Source: an uncultured delta proteobacterium
Lineage (GTDB): Bacteria; Myxococcota_A; UBA9160; UBA4427
Reading direction: 5' to 3'
Length of the DNA: 64,000 nt
NCBI GenBank assembly: GCA_963822965.1
Contig: CAWGJT010000015.1
Coordinates: 1 to 64,000 of the forward strand
Shown: in pieces, positions 18,035 to 31,234 of the stretch
How positions within the stretch are numbered: the first letter of the stretch is position 1
Layout of the letters: each line of letters starts with the position of its first letter
Program-made: the position numbers and the translations under genes
The notes under the pieces: generated by a model
What the model was told of the DNA's origin: nothing
Databases searched by the model: none
What the model saw: the letters and a program-made list of their open reading frames with translations, nothing else

Positions 18035-19186
18035 ATGCACATCACGATCCGAGCCCTCCTCATCGGCCTGCTGGCCCTGGCCCCCTGGACGGCCCTCGCC
18101 CAGGAGTTCGTCGTCGACGCCGGCGACGACGTCACCCTCGAGTGCGAATCGGACGGCGGTGCCTCGTACACGCTGAACGGATCCGTGCCCGACGGCGCGG
18201 ACGTCACCTTCGAATGGACGACGGCGCCGCCCGTCGACCTCGAGGACGCCGACACGCTCACGCCCACGGGCACGTTCCCGGCGGGCGACACCCTCGTCAC
18301 TCTCGATGCGGTGGACCCCGTGGCCATGCTGTCGGGCAGCGACAGCCTCACCGTCACCGTCGAGGACACCCAGCCGCCGGTGGTGCAGGCGCTGGCCGAC
18401 CCCATGGTGCTCTGGCCCCCGAACCACAAGCTGCGCACGGTGAACGTGCGCATCCGCGTCCAGGACGCGTGCACCGCGCGAGACGACCTGCAGGTGGAGC
18501 TCGTCTCGGTGGAGAGCGACGAGCCCGACAACGGCCAGGGAGACGGCAACACCGTGGACGACATCCAGGACGCCGACCTCGGCACCGACGACCGCCAGGT
18601 GAGCCTGCGCGCCGAGCGCTCGGGCGGGGGTGACGGCCGCGTCTACACGCTGACCTATCGCGTGACCGACGGCGGCGGCAACCAGACCGACGCCGAGGCC
18701 AAGGTGTACGTGCCCCACGACTACTCGAACGTGAAGGACCGCATCGAGGACGAGATGGACGGCGATCGGGACGGCATGGACAACATCTGCCCGCGCCCGG
18801 ACGTGGCCGCGGACGAGTTCATCGATGCCCTGCCGAAGCTCGGCTCCTTCCCCGACCTCGACAGCTGCACGAGCGCCTGCCGCACCTGGAACCGCGGCTG
18901 CAACGGCATCATCGGGAGCACCGCCCGCTGCGTGTACGCCGAGGAGAAGGCGCTGGCGCGGCTGAACGTGACCGACTGCACTGCGCTCCCGGCCCGCAGC
19001 GACCGAAAGACGTGCAGCCACAGCGAACGGGGTGACATGGGCGATTCCATCGCGCAGCTGCGGCAGCAGTACACCGCCGCCAAGGCCACGTGCGACAACG
19101 TGGCCCAGCGCTGCGGGAATGCCTGCCAGACGCTCTTCGACCCGAACGGCAGCGCCTTCGACAACGAGGGCATGACGGGTCCGTAA
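18035..19186 (+). CDS. Secreted protein: PKD/HYR-like beta domains, LWPPNHK domain, Cys-rich C-terminus
   Basis: GGAG RBS; ALA|Q signal; VDAGDD, VTVEDTQPP, LWPPNHKL, LRAERSGGGDGRVYTLTY; about 10 Cys in the last ~130 aa. Confidence 0.8.
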   Translation: MHITIRALLIGLLALAPWTALAQEFVVDAGDDVTLECESDGGASYTLNGSVPDGADVTFEWTTAPPVDLEDADTLTPTGTFPAGDTLVTLDAVDPVAMLSGSDSLTVTVEDTQPPVVQALADPMVLWPPNHKLRTVNVRIRVQDACTARDDLQVELVSVESDEPDNGQGDGNTVDDIQDADLGTDDRQVSLRAERSGGGDGRVYTLTYRVTDGGGNQTDAEAKVYVPHDYSNVKDRIEDEMDGDRDGMDNICPRPDVAADEFIDALPKLGSFPDLDSCTSACRTWNRGCNGIIGSTARCVYAEEKALARLNVTDCTALPARSDRKTCSHSERGDMGDSIAQLRQQYTAAKATCDNVAQRCGNACQTLFDPNGSAFDNEGMTGP

Positions 19187-19457
19187 CGGTGTGTGCGGGC
19201 TGCGCCGGGATCCCGGATCCCGGCCGCCCGCTCGCAGGAAGCGCAAGGAAACAGTGCGAACGAGATGAGCAAGCGTTTCGACACGAGACGCTGCGGCGGC
19301 CCGGACAGTCCGGGTCGCCGCCTCGCGCCTCGGGGGGTCCACCGGCCCCGATGTCGACTCGCTCACAGGGGAATCCCGCCGATTCCCCTGCGGTGGAGCG
19401 TGACCCGAGTCCAGGCCGCGCTCCTGGCTCGACGTGGCCGGCATGGACGCTTCGGCG

Positions 19458-20195
19458 TCAGCCGGCCACGTCCATGACCACGGCACTGTGATCCGACCCG
19501 GCCAGCGCCACCACGTGGAAGTCCAGCACCTTCACGCCGTGCACGAGGGCGTGGTCGATGCGCAGCAGCCGCCGGGCGCCGGGCCACGGTCCCCAGGTGG
19601 GCTGCGCGTCGCGCCCCCGCCGCTGGGCGACGGCCACGGCGGCGTCGGTGAAGTGCGAGGCGAGCCGCCGGTAGACGGGCCACAGGGGCGTGGCGTTGAA
19701 GTCGCCCACCACCACCGTGCCCCGGGGCTGGGCCTTCTCCGGAGACGCCAGGAAGCGCGCCTCCAGGGCGCGCACCTGCTGGCGGCGCATCCAGAAGGGA
19801 TACAGCGGCGGCGTGTAGAGGTGGGGCGCGGCGATGTGCACGCTCCACACGTCGAGCGGTCGCGTGAGCCCGGGCCAGTGGCTGGGGTCGAGGGCGGCGT
19901 GGCGCGCGGGACGCCAGGCCATGGGCACGCTCGCGTTCTTCGCCGGGTGGCGCAGGGCGAGCCCCACCGCGTTGTGGCGACGGTCCACCACCGCGGAGCT
20001 TCCCTCGAGGCCCCCTTCCGGGTCGTCCGAGTACCCGCCGTGGGGCAGCTCCCGGGCCAGCGCCTCGAAGTGCTGGGGGCCCGCCTCCTGCAGCGCCACC
20101 ACGTCGGCGTGCAGGGAGCGCACCAGCTCGAGCAGCCAGTCCGGGTCGACGAGCCCCACCCGGAGGTTCGCCGAGACGATTCGCGTCCGCTTCAC
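19458..20195 (-). CDS. Endonuclease/exonuclease/phosphatase family protein
   Basis: SANL, DVVALQE, VVGDFNATP, RIDH and GSDH motifs. Confidence 0.88.
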   Translation of the reverse strand: MKRTRIVSANLRVGLVDPDWLLELVRSLHADVVALQEAGPQHFEALARELPHGGYSDDPEGGLEGSSAVVDRRHNAVGLALRHPAKNASVPMAWRPARHAALDPSHWPGLTRPLDVWSVHIAAPHLYTPPLYPFWMRRQQVRALEARFLASPEKAQPRGTVVVGDFNATPLWPVYRRLASHFTDAAVAVAQRRGRDAQPTWGPWPGARRLLRIDHALVHGVKVLDFHVVALAGSDHSAVVMDVAG

Positions 20196-20226
20196 CGCTG
20201 GCTGCCGAGACCGGGTCTGCGCGGCT

Positions 20227-23101
<2,875 letters not shown>

Positions 23102-23118
23102 GGCGAACTCCTTCCTTT

Positions 23119-23148
23119 GGCTCAGTCTGAGAGGGCTCAGTCTGAGAG
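23119..23148. repeat. 15-bp tandem repeat x2, each containing the palindrome CTCAG-T-CTGAG, just upstream of the serA RBS
   Basis: GGCTCAGTCTGAGAG GGCTCAGTCTGAGAG. Confidence 0.8.
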
Positions 23149-23325
23149 ATCCAAAATGTCCAACAGCGACGGCAGCGGGGGAAACCGCCCCGCTGCACGC
23201 GCCCACGATCCGGCGGCCCTCGGCCTTCGACCCTGACCTTCGACCGTCTCCGGTCCGGCCGGGCGCCGGGGCGTCCGAGAACCGATAACTCCCCGAATCG
23301 GAACGGGAAATTGGGAAGGCGGCGA

Positions 23326-23354
23326 AGTCTGCCGGAGGCTCCCCGACGTGTCAA
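23326..23354 (-). promoter_or_regulatory. Sigma70 promoter for serA-purA
   Basis: Minus strand TTGACA, 17 bp, CAGACT. Confidence 0.55.
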
Positions 23355-23628
23355 CGCTGCGGTCGCGAAAGCCGCGAAGCCCGTGGGGCTGCTAGGCTCG
23401 GCGCCCGCCGGGCGCTCGCGCCCGAAAGCCTCGGGAGCATAGCGGCGACGGCCCGCCGAGTCCCCCGCGAAGCGCGATCTGTCCGAAGACCAGGAGCCCG
23501 AGCCCCCAGAATTCCGGCGAAACGCCGTCCCGATGCCGGGGAACGACCGCCGCCGGGACCGCATCGAACCCCTCGTGCCACGGACCCCGCCCGCAGCGCC
23601 GGGCGCAACCCGAGGAAGCCCAGCCCCC

Positions 23629-24930
23629 TTGTCCCAGCCCACCGAAAGCCCTGCTGCCCTGCCCATCGAGCCTCGCGGCCCGCTGGACGTGACGGTGCGC
23701 GTCCCGGGCTCGAAGAGCATCACCAACCGCGCGCTCATCGCCGCGGCCCTGGCGGACGGCGAGAGCCACCTGACGGGCGCCCTGGACAGCGAGGACACCC
23801 GGGTGATGCGCAGCTCGCTGCAGGCCATGGGCGTCCACGTGGACTCGCGCGACGACCCGTGGCTCGTGAGCGGCCGGGGCGGCGTGCTGCTCTCGCCCCC
23901 CGAGCCCCTCTTCACGGCCAACTCGGGCACCACGGCGCGCTTCCTCACCGCGGCGGCCACCCTGGCCGAGGGGCCGGTGGTGGTGGACGGCGGCCCGCGC
24001 ATGCGCGAGCGGCCCATCGACGATCTGGTGGACGCCCTGTGCGCCCTGGGTGCCCGGGCGAAGGTGGAGGGCCGGGGCGGCTGCCCGCCGGTGCGGCTCG
24101 AAGGCGGCGGGCTCGCGGGCGGCGCCATCGAGATCGACGCCCGGCGCTCGAGCCAGTACGTGTCGGCGGTGCTGCTGGCGGCCCCGTACGCGCGCCAGGA
24201 CGTGGTGCTGCGCTTCAAGGACGACGTGCTCGTCTCGCGACCCTACGTGGACCTCACCCTGGACGTCATGAAGGCCTTCGGCGCCCGGGCCGACTGGAGC
24301 GACGAGCCGGGACGCGAGGCCGTCTGCGTGCGCGCGGGCGCCCACTACGCGCCCCGGCGCTACGCCGTGGAGCCCGACGCCTCGGCGGCCACCTATCCCT
24401 TCTGCGCCGCCGCCATCGCCGGCGGGCGCGTGCGCGTGGACGGCATCCCCGAGCGTTCGCACCAGTCGGACTTCGGCATCCTGGGGCTGCTCGAGCGCAT
24501 GGGCTGCACGGTCATCCGCGAGGGCCGGAGCGTCATCGTCGAGGGTCCGGCCCGGGGGCTCAAGAGCCTGGGCGAGGTGGACATGAACCACATGAGCGAC
24601 GCGGCGCTCACCTACGCGGTTCTGTGTCTGTTCGCCGACGGTCCCACCACCATCACCAACGTGGCCCACATCCGCATCAAGGAGACCGACCGCCTGGCCG
24701 CCCTCGAGACCGAGCTGCGGCGCCTGGGCGCCCGGGCCGAGGCCACCGAGAGCTCGCTCCGCATCCAGCCGGGCCCGCTGCACGGCGCCGAGATCGAGAC
24801 CTACGACGACCACCGCATGGCCATGGCCTTCTCGCTGGCCGGGCTGCGCGTGCCCGGGGTGGTCATCAAGGACCCGGGCTGCGTGGTGAAGACCTGGCCG
24901 AACTACTTCGAGGTGCTGCGTCATCTCTGA
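23629..24930 (+). CDS. aroA: 3-phosphoshikimate 1-carboxyvinyltransferase (EPSP synthase); start uncertain (23533 or 23629)
   Basis: PGSKSITNR, NSGTTARFL, RMRERP, SSQYVS, RIKETDR, DDHRMAM. Confidence 0.96.
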   Translation: MSQPTESPAALPIEPRGPLDVTVRVPGSKSITNRALIAAALADGESHLTGALDSEDTRVMRSSLQAMGVHVDSRDDPWLVSGRGGVLLSPPEPLFTANSGTTARFLTAAATLAEGPVVVDGGPRMRERPIDDLVDALCALGARAKVEGRGGCPPVRLEGGGLAGGAIEIDARRSSQYVSAVLLAAPYARQDVVLRFKDDVLVSRPYVDLTLDVMKAFGARADWSDEPGREAVCVRAGAHYAPRRYAVEPDASAATYPFCAAAIAGGRVRVDGIPERSHQSDFGILGLLERMGCTVIREGRSVIVEGPARGLKSLGEVDMNHMSDAALTYAVLCLFADGPTTITNVAHIRIKETDRLAALETELRRLGARAEATESSLRIQPGPLHGAEIETYDDHRMAMAFSLAGLRVPGVVIKDPGCVVKTWPNYFEVLRHL

Positions 24931-25000
24931 ATCCAGCGGCTCGCGGATCGACGCGCGGGGGCTGTGCCGCTCGTTCGGCGGGCACCGCGCCCTCGACGAC

Positions 25001-25708
25001 GTGACCCTCGCCGTCGAGCGCGGCGAGACCTTCGGCCTGCTGGGCGCGAACGGCGCCGGCAAGACTACGTTCATCCGCCTGGCGACGGGCTACCTGCTGC
25101 CCACGGCGGGCAGCATCCTGGTGGACGGCCTCTCGCCGGGCACCAGCCCGCGCGCCGTGCACGAGCGCCTGGGCTTCGCGGCCGAGCGGCCGAAGCTGTA
25201 TCCCGACCTGCGGGTGGAGCAGTTCCTGCGCTTCGCGGGGGGGCTGCGCGGGCTGCGGGGAGCCGCGCTGCGTCGGGCCGTGGAGAGCACCCTCGAACGC
25301 TTCCAGATCGCCGATCACCGCCGCCGCCTGGTGGGCAACCTGTCCAAGGGCTACCAGCAGCGCGTCTCCCTGGCCCAGGCCTTCCTCGACGACCCGAAGC
25401 TGCTGATCGTCGACGAGCCCACCAGCGGCCTCGACCCCCTGCAGCGCGCCGAGGTGCGCGAGGTGATCGCCTCCCTGCGCGGACACCGCACGGTGCTGCT
25501 GTGCACCCACGACCTGGTCGAGGCCCGGGAGCTGTGCTCGCGGGTGGCGGTGCTGCACCAGGGTCGGCTGGTGGCCGTGGGCCCGACCGACGAGGTGATC
25601 GGGGGCGACGACCCGCTGGCGCTGTTCCGCGAAGCCGCGGGGGCCTTCCTGGAGGCGGCGGACGCGCTCCGGGAGACGGCGAGCGCTCTCGGGGAGCGCG
25701 GGGCGTGA
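25001..25708 (+). CDS. ABC transporter ATP-binding protein (GldA-like); frame is open from about 24948
   Basis: GANGAGKT, LSKGYQQR, IVDEPTSGLDP, CTH. Confidence 0.92.
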   Translation: MTLAVERGETFGLLGANGAGKTTFIRLATGYLLPTAGSILVDGLSPGTSPRAVHERLGFAAERPKLYPDLRVEQFLRFAGGLRGLRGAALRRAVESTLERFQIADHRRRLVGNLSKGYQQRVSLAQAFLDDPKLLIVDEPTSGLDPLQRAEVREVIASLRGHRTVLLCTHDLVEARELCSRVAVLHQGRLVAVGPTDEVIGGDDPLALFREAAGAFLEAADALRETASALGERGA

Positions 25709-26496
25709 CACCGCTTCTCGCGCTCATGCGCAAGGAGGCGACGGTGCTCTTCGCGTCGCCCGTGGCCTACTTCGTGCTGACCCTGGTGGCGCTCATCACG
25801 TCGATCACCTTCTTCGAGCACCTGCGGCTCTACAACCACCAGCTCTTCCTCTTCGCCAGCAACAACATGGGCGGCTTCGAGACCGACACCATCCCCGACT
25901 ACATCAACCTGCGGGACACGGTGTTCCTGCCCGTGATGGAGCAGCTGGGCGTGCTGGTGCTGCTGCCCATCCCGCTGGTCACCATGCGGGTGTTCGCCGA
26001 GGAGCGCACCCTCGGCACCGACGAGATGCTGCTCACGAGCCTGCTCACCCCCGGCCGCATCGTGGCGGGCAAGTTCGCCGTCACCTTCGCGTTCATCGTG
26101 CTGATGATGACCGTGGCCTTCATCTATCCCACCACGGCGGTGCTCTCGGGCGGCCTCGGCCTGCAGCACCTGTTCGCGGTCTACCTGGGGCTCGTGATGC
26201 TGGGCATCGGCATCGCCTCCATCGGCCTCGTGTGCTCGGCCTTCACCAGCAGCCAGGTCGTGGCCGCCGCGGCCACCGTGGGCATCAACTACCTGGTCTA
26301 CGACTTCAACTGGATGTTCGGCTTCCTGAGCGAGGACGTGGCGAAGGTGCTGGACGAGATCTCCCTCCACCCGCACTTCGGGCGCTTCTCCGAAGGGCTC
26401 ATCGCCCTGTCGGACATCGGCTACTTCGTGGCGCTGGCGGTGATCGCGGCGGGGCTCGTGCGCTTCTCCCTGGACCTGCGACGGGCGGGGAGCTGA
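25705..26496 (+). CDS. ABC-2 type permease (GldF-like)
   Basis: KE..LFASPVAY, PLVTMRVFAEER..GT.E.LLT, IVAGKF; six hydrophobic segments; GTGA overlap. Confidence 0.9.
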   Translation: MTPLLALMRKEATVLFASPVAYFVLTLVALITSITFFEHLRLYNHQLFLFASNNMGGFETDTIPDYINLRDTVFLPVMEQLGVLVLLPIPLVTMRVFAEERTLGTDEMLLTSLLTPGRIVAGKFAVTFAFIVLMMTVAFIYPTTAVLSGGLGLQHLFAVYLGLVMLGIGIASIGLVCSAFTSSQVVAAAATVGINYLVYDFNWMFGFLSEDVAKVLDEISLHPHFGRFSEGLIALSDIGYFVALAVIAAGLVRFSLDLRRAGS

Positions 26497-28034
26497 TGCG
26501 CGGCCTCGGCATCCTCGGGCTCGTGGCGACGGCCTTCGGCGTGGCGTCCCACCAGGTGCTCGCCGAGTGGAACGTCTACAACACGGTGAACGTGGCCGTG
26601 GGCGGGGTGCTGCTGGCGATCGCCATCGTGGCCGGCACGATGCGCCTCATGCGCCGCACCACGGCCCCGGACGCCGGCCCCACCCTCGACGCGCTGCTGA
26701 TGGCGGTGTCCGTCGCCTGGGGTGCGGTGCTGGTGGAGCTCGCCCTCGCCTATTGGGGCGTGCGCTTCGACTGGACCTTCGAGCAGCGCTTCCTCCTGGC
26801 CCCCGCCACCCGCACGGTGATCAGCGAGCTGGCCGACGAGGGGCCCGTGGACCTCACCCTCTACGTTGCCCAGGGCGACCCGCGCCAGCGGGGCACGCGG
26901 CTGCTGCTCGAGCAGATCGCCCGGGCGGCGGGACGCGGCAAGCCCGTCACTACCGGCGTGCGCGATCTGGACGCTTCGCCGGAAGAAGAGGACCACTACG
27001 GCATCGGCTCGTCGAACTCGGTGGTGATCCTGCACGGCGGCAACTGGGAGCTCGTGGAGCGGCCCACGGAGGGCGCCCTCTACGAGGCGCTCGAGAAGCT
27101 GCTGCATCCCGCGAACCGGAAGCTGCTGTACGTGGCCGCCGGCGCCGGCGAGGGCGACTTCGAGCGAAGCGACGACGCGGGCTTCTCGGGCCTGCGTGCC
27201 GCCCTCGAGACCGAGGGCTACGCGCTGCGCCCGTGGCCCACGGCGGTGGCGCCCGACGTGCCCGCGGACGCGGACGGCGTGCTCGTGATCGCCCCCGAGC
27301 GGCGCCTGACCGCGGAGGCCCTGGCCGGCCTGCGCCGCTACCTGGACGCGCGCGGCGGCCGACTGGTGGCGTTCCTCGAGCCGGGCCGCACCACCGGCGT
27401 CGAGGAGATCCTGGCGGAGTTCGGTCTCACGTCTCCCGACGCCATCGTGATCGACCCCGACTCGGGCCCCGCCGAGGGCGACGCGCCCGGCCTCAACCCC
27501 CTGGCCCACGGCTACGCCCAGCACCCGGTGACGCGCGGCCTCGACCACAACCGCATGACCTTCTTCCGTCACGCGCGCAGCTTCACCCTGCACAAGCCCC
27601 GGCCCGACGACCGGCTGACCGCGATCGTCTTCTCGAGCGGCGACGCCTGGCTCGACCGCGACACCTCGCACCTGAACCGCAAGCGCACGCCCGAGCGCCC
27701 GCCGGACGCCCAGATCGAGTACTGGCCCCTGGTCGTCGCCGGCCAGTACGAGCGCGACGGCCAGCAGGTGCGCATCGTGGCCTTCGGCGACGCCACCTTC
27801 GCGACCAACCGCTACCTGCGCACCCTCTTCAACCTCGACCTCACCCTCAACGCGGTGCACTGGGCGCTCGAGCGCGAGCCCGCCATCACCCTGCGCCCGA
27901 AGCTCGGCCACCTGCTGCAGTTCCCGGTGCCCATCCAGCGCTCGCTCGACGCCCTCTACGGCGTGGGGCTGCTGGTGCCGGAGCTGCTGGTGATGGCCGG
28001 CGCCTGGGTGTGGATCCGCCGCCGGGGGGCGTGA
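26496..28034 (+). CDS. GldG-family ABC auxiliary protein
   Basis: N-terminal TMs, RFDWT.EQRFLLAPAT, G.GE, VLVIAP, RIVAFGDA.F..N, C-terminal TM plus WIRRR; TGATG overlap. Confidence 0.85.
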   Translation: MRGLGILGLVATAFGVASHQVLAEWNVYNTVNVAVGGVLLAIAIVAGTMRLMRRTTAPDAGPTLDALLMAVSVAWGAVLVELALAYWGVRFDWTFEQRFLLAPATRTVISELADEGPVDLTLYVAQGDPRQRGTRLLLEQIARAAGRGKPVTTGVRDLDASPEEEDHYGIGSSNSVVILHGGNWELVERPTEGALYEALEKLLHPANRKLLYVAAGAGEGDFERSDDAGFSGLRAALETEGYALRPWPTAVAPDVPADADGVLVIAPERRLTAEALAGLRRYLDARGGRLVAFLEPGRTTGVEEILAEFGLTSPDAIVIDPDSGPAEGDAPGLNPLAHGYAQHPVTRGLDHNRMTFFRHARSFTLHKPRPDDRLTAIVFSSGDAWLDRDTSHLNRKRTPERPPDAQIEYWPLVVAGQYERDGQQVRIVAFGDATFATNRYLRTLFNLDLTLNAVHWALEREPAITLRPKLGHLLQFPVPIQRSLDALYGVGLLVPELLVMAGAWVWIRRRGA

Positions 28035-28123
28035 GGCGACCCGCGCGAGACGCCACCGAAACCCGGGTCGCACGCCCAGCACGGCCGCCGCGAAGGAAGG
28101 AAGAAGGGAGAAGGAAGCGCGCG

Positions 28124-29473
28124 TCAGCCGCGTCCCACCGGCTCGGCGGCGGCCGGCTGGGCGGGAAGTCCGGCGACCCGGCCGGACGCCAACGCCAGCC
28201 GCGTGAGCAGCGCCGCCGCCACCAGGTAGAAGAGCGCCGGGAAGCCGCCGAAGAGGAGCACGATGCCCGCCCGGGCGGCGGGCTGCTGCACGGCGTTGGG
28301 CTCGAAGGCCACGAGCTGCAGCACGATGCCCGAGAGCACGATGGCCGCACCGGCGGAGCCCTTCGCGGCCAGGTTCCAGGCGGCGAAGTAGGCGCCTTCC
28401 TTGCGCTCGCCGGTGCGGCGCTCGTCGTCCTCGATCACGTCCGCCTCGAGCGACGGTCCGAGCATGGCGCCGCAGCCGAACAGCGACCCGATCACCAGCA
28501 TGTTGACGACCATCGCCCCGGTGGCGTCGGCGGGCAGCACCACCACCGCGGCGAACGCGGCGGCGCGACCGACGAGCGACCCCAGCCAGACCCGGCGCTT
28601 CCCGAAGCGACGCGCCAGGGCCAGCCAGACGGGAATCGTGACCAGCATGGCGGTGAGCGCGCCCCCCATGAAGAGGCCGGTGTCGCCCGTGCGCCCGGCC
28701 ACGTACTGGATGTAGAAGGGCATGGTCGTGGTCATGGCGGCGAAGCCCAGGCCTTCGAGGAAGAAGACGGCGATGAGCAGACGGGCGTGGGGGTTGCGCA
28801 GGACGTCGCCGAAGGCGGCACGGGGCGAGGTGCCGCCGCGTCCCTGGTATTCGGGGCGTTCGCGCAGCTGCACGACGAGGAGCACGCAGGCCGCACAGGT
28901 GGCCACCCCCGCGACCACGGCCACCACGAGGGCCGTGCTGCGCGGATCGGCGGCGCGCTCGAGCGCCACCATGCCGATGGCGGCTCCGAAGGCACCCAGG
29001 AGGCCCACCGCCAGGCGGCCGCCGAAGACGCGCGAGCGGTCGTGCTCGCCGCCCGCGAGCTCGGCGCCCCACGCGAGGTGCGGCACCTGGAAGGCGGCCT
29101 GGGCCGTGAAGAAGAGGAGGATCGCCGTCCCCACCCACAGACCCAGCGCGGGCGCCGCCAGCCGCGGCGGGCTCCACAGCACGCCGAACGACAGCGCCAG
29201 GGGGACGGCGCTGGCCAGGATCCAGGGGCGCCGGCGTCCCATACCGAGGCGCGTGCGATCGCTCCAGTAGCCGACGATGGGATCGGAGACGGCGTCCCAC
29301 ACCCGGGCCACGCCGAAGAACGACGCCACCAGCGCCGGCGCGAGCAGCAGCACGTCGGCCGCGAACTTCAGCAGGAACATGGCAATCAGGTTCTCCATGA
29401 AGTTCACGCCGGCCGCCGGGAGGCTGTAGACCACGATGCGCCGCCAGGGGGTTGCCTCGTTCGCCGTCGCCAT
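28124..29473 (-). CDS. MFS transporter, glycoside-pentoside-hexuronide (MelB-like) family
   Basis: RVWDAVSDPIVGYWSDRTR..GRRRPW, DVIEDDERRTGERKEGAYF; multiple TMs. Confidence 0.92.
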   Translation of the reverse strand: MATANEATPWRRIVVYSLPAAGVNFMENLIAMFLLKFAADVLLLAPALVASFFGVARVWDAVSDPIVGYWSDRTRLGMGRRRPWILASAVPLALSFGVLWSPPRLAAPALGLWVGTAILLFFTAQAAFQVPHLAWGAELAGGEHDRSRVFGGRLAVGLLGAFGAAIGMVALERAADPRSTALVVAVVAGVATCAACVLLVVQLRERPEYQGRGGTSPRAAFGDVLRNPHARLLIAVFFLEGLGFAAMTTTMPFYIQYVAGRTGDTGLFMGGALTAMLVTIPVWLALARRFGKRRVWLGSLVGRAAAFAAVVVLPADATGAMVVNMLVIGSLFGCGAMLGPSLEADVIEDDERRTGERKEGAYFAAWNLAAKGSAGAAIVLSGIVLQLVAFEPNAVQQPAARAGIVLLFGGFPALFYLVAAALLTRLALASGRVAGLPAQPAAAEPVGRG

Positions 29474-29509
29474 CGCCCCTCCCCCGCCCGGAGCCCGGGC
29501 CCGATTGGG

Positions 29510-29537
29510 TTTGACTCGGATCTAGACATGAGTCTAA
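29510..29537. promoter_or_regulatory. Palindromic operator overlapping divergent promoters (likely TetR site)
   Basis: TTTGACTC-GGA-TCTAGA-CAT-GAGTCTAA; internal TAGAC-ATGA-GTCTA palindrome; contains TTGACT. Confidence 0.65.
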
Positions 29538-29559
29538 TCCAGTGCTAGGGTCGGTGTCC

Positions 29560-30448
29560 ATGAAGAAGAGAGAATCGAAGGCCCGCAGCGCGCCGAAGCG
29601 GACGGGCGGGGGGGCCGGGGCCGCGGACCGCTGCGAGCAGGACGCGCTCGGCGGCAGGCGCGAAGCCGCGCAAGAGCGGCACGCCCAGTCACCGACGCGA
29701 GCAGCGCAGCGACCGGCGGGCGCGCATCCTCGCCGCCGCCGGCGAGCTGTTCGCCGAGCACGGCCCCGACGCCGTGTCCGTGGCCGACGTCGCCGAGGCC
29801 GCCGGCGTCTCGCGGGCCACGGTCTTCAACCACTTCGGCAGCAAGCGGGCGCTGCTCGAAGGCATCACCGAGGCCGTGCTCGCCGACTACGAGGTGTTGC
29901 TCGAGAACGCGCTCGCCGACCGCGAGACGCCCGTTCCCGTGCTGGCGCGCGCCCTCTTCTCGTTCATCGGCGCAGGCATCGAGGCGACGCGTCGCTTCCA
30001 CCGCGCCGTCTTCCGCGAGATCGCGCGGCTCTCCCTGGGACTCGACGAGGGGGGGCCCGGCCAGGTGGCGCGCCAGGCGGCGCTCGACCGCCTGGAAGAG
30101 CTGCTCGAGCGCGGCCAGCAGCAGGGCGAGCTGCGGGCCGAGCACCGGCCGGCCGACCTGGCCATGGCCTTCGACAGCCTGGTCTTCGGCACCATCACCC
30201 ACTGGCTCTACGACGACGCCAGCGAGTCGCTGCAGCTGCGCATGGAGCGCGCCGCCGACGTCTTCCTGGGCCCGGTAGCGCGCCAGCCCGCGTCCGCGTG
30301 GAGCGGTCCCGAGCCGGTCCTCACCGAGCCCCTGCCCCTGGCGGCCCTGCGCGGGGGCATGCCGCTGCCACCCGATCCGCCGCCCCGCCGGCGCGCGTCC
30401 CGACCGCGCCGCAGCACGCGCCGCCATCGCATCGAACGAGAGAGCTAG
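29560..30448 (+). CDS. TetR/AcrR family regulator (apparent 5' frameshift)
   Basis: RILAAAGELFAEHG...SVADVAEAAGVSRATVFNHFGSKRALL HTH; GQQQGELR C-domain. Confidence 0.88.
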
Positions 30449-30464
30449 CCCAGGAGAGTCCGCC

Positions 30465-31234
30465 ATGCCCCCGGAAGCGTCGCCCCTCGACCGCATCGCC
30501 TCCCGCCCCCGGCGGCACCGCCGCTTCGAGCCGCGCCGCGCCGTGAGCGCTCTGCGACGTCTGCTCGCCGACCCGAGCCAGACCCAGAACGCCATGGAGG
30601 TGGCCTACGCGCTCGACGGCGACACGGCCCCGCGCGAGCTCGCCCGGCTGGCCCGGCACCCCGAAGGCCGGCGCCTGCTCGAGTCGAGACCGCGCCTGCT
30701 CGAGAGGCTGTCGGACGACGCGGCTCTCGCCGCCCTGCCCGAGGGCAGCCTCGGCCGGGCGTACCGCGACCACCTGGCACGACACGGCCTCGAGGTGGGC
30801 AAGCTCGTGCAGCTGCGCGCCGAGACGGACCCGTGGCGCGCCTCGCACGACGCGCTCGAGCGCTGGATCGAGGAGCGGGAGCTGCTGCAGCACGACCTCG
30901 AGCACGTGCTCTCGGGCTACGGAGCCGACAGCGCCGGCGAGGCCGCGCTCCTCGCGTTCTCGTGCGGCCAGGATGCGCGCCTCGGGCGGCTGCTGCTGAC
31001 GGCGGGGGCTTCCTTCGAGATGTGCCGGCAGCTGGGCGTGCGCTGGCTCGCCGTGGCGTGGCGCGCCTGGCGCCGGGGGCGGCGCGCCGTCGACCTCGTC
31101 GCCCTGCCCTACGAAGAGCTGCTCGCCCTGCCCCTGGCCGACGTGCGCCGCGGCCGCCGGCATCGAGCCCCCCGAGCCAGGCCCACGCCACGGGCGTCTG
31201 CCGCTGGCCCGAAGAGCTCCCGGCCGGCGCTTAA
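30465..31234 (+). CDS. Coq4-family protein (3' frameshift near 31150)
   Basis: LAALPEGSLGRAY, HDLEHVLSGYG..SAGEAALLAF (HDxxH..E), YEELLALPL..VR. Confidence 0.85.

Noticed and set aside
25001..28034. GldA/F/G-like genes as evidence of Bacteroidetes-type gliding
   Set aside because: This ABC family is widespread in non-gliding bacteria and no T9SS genes are present.
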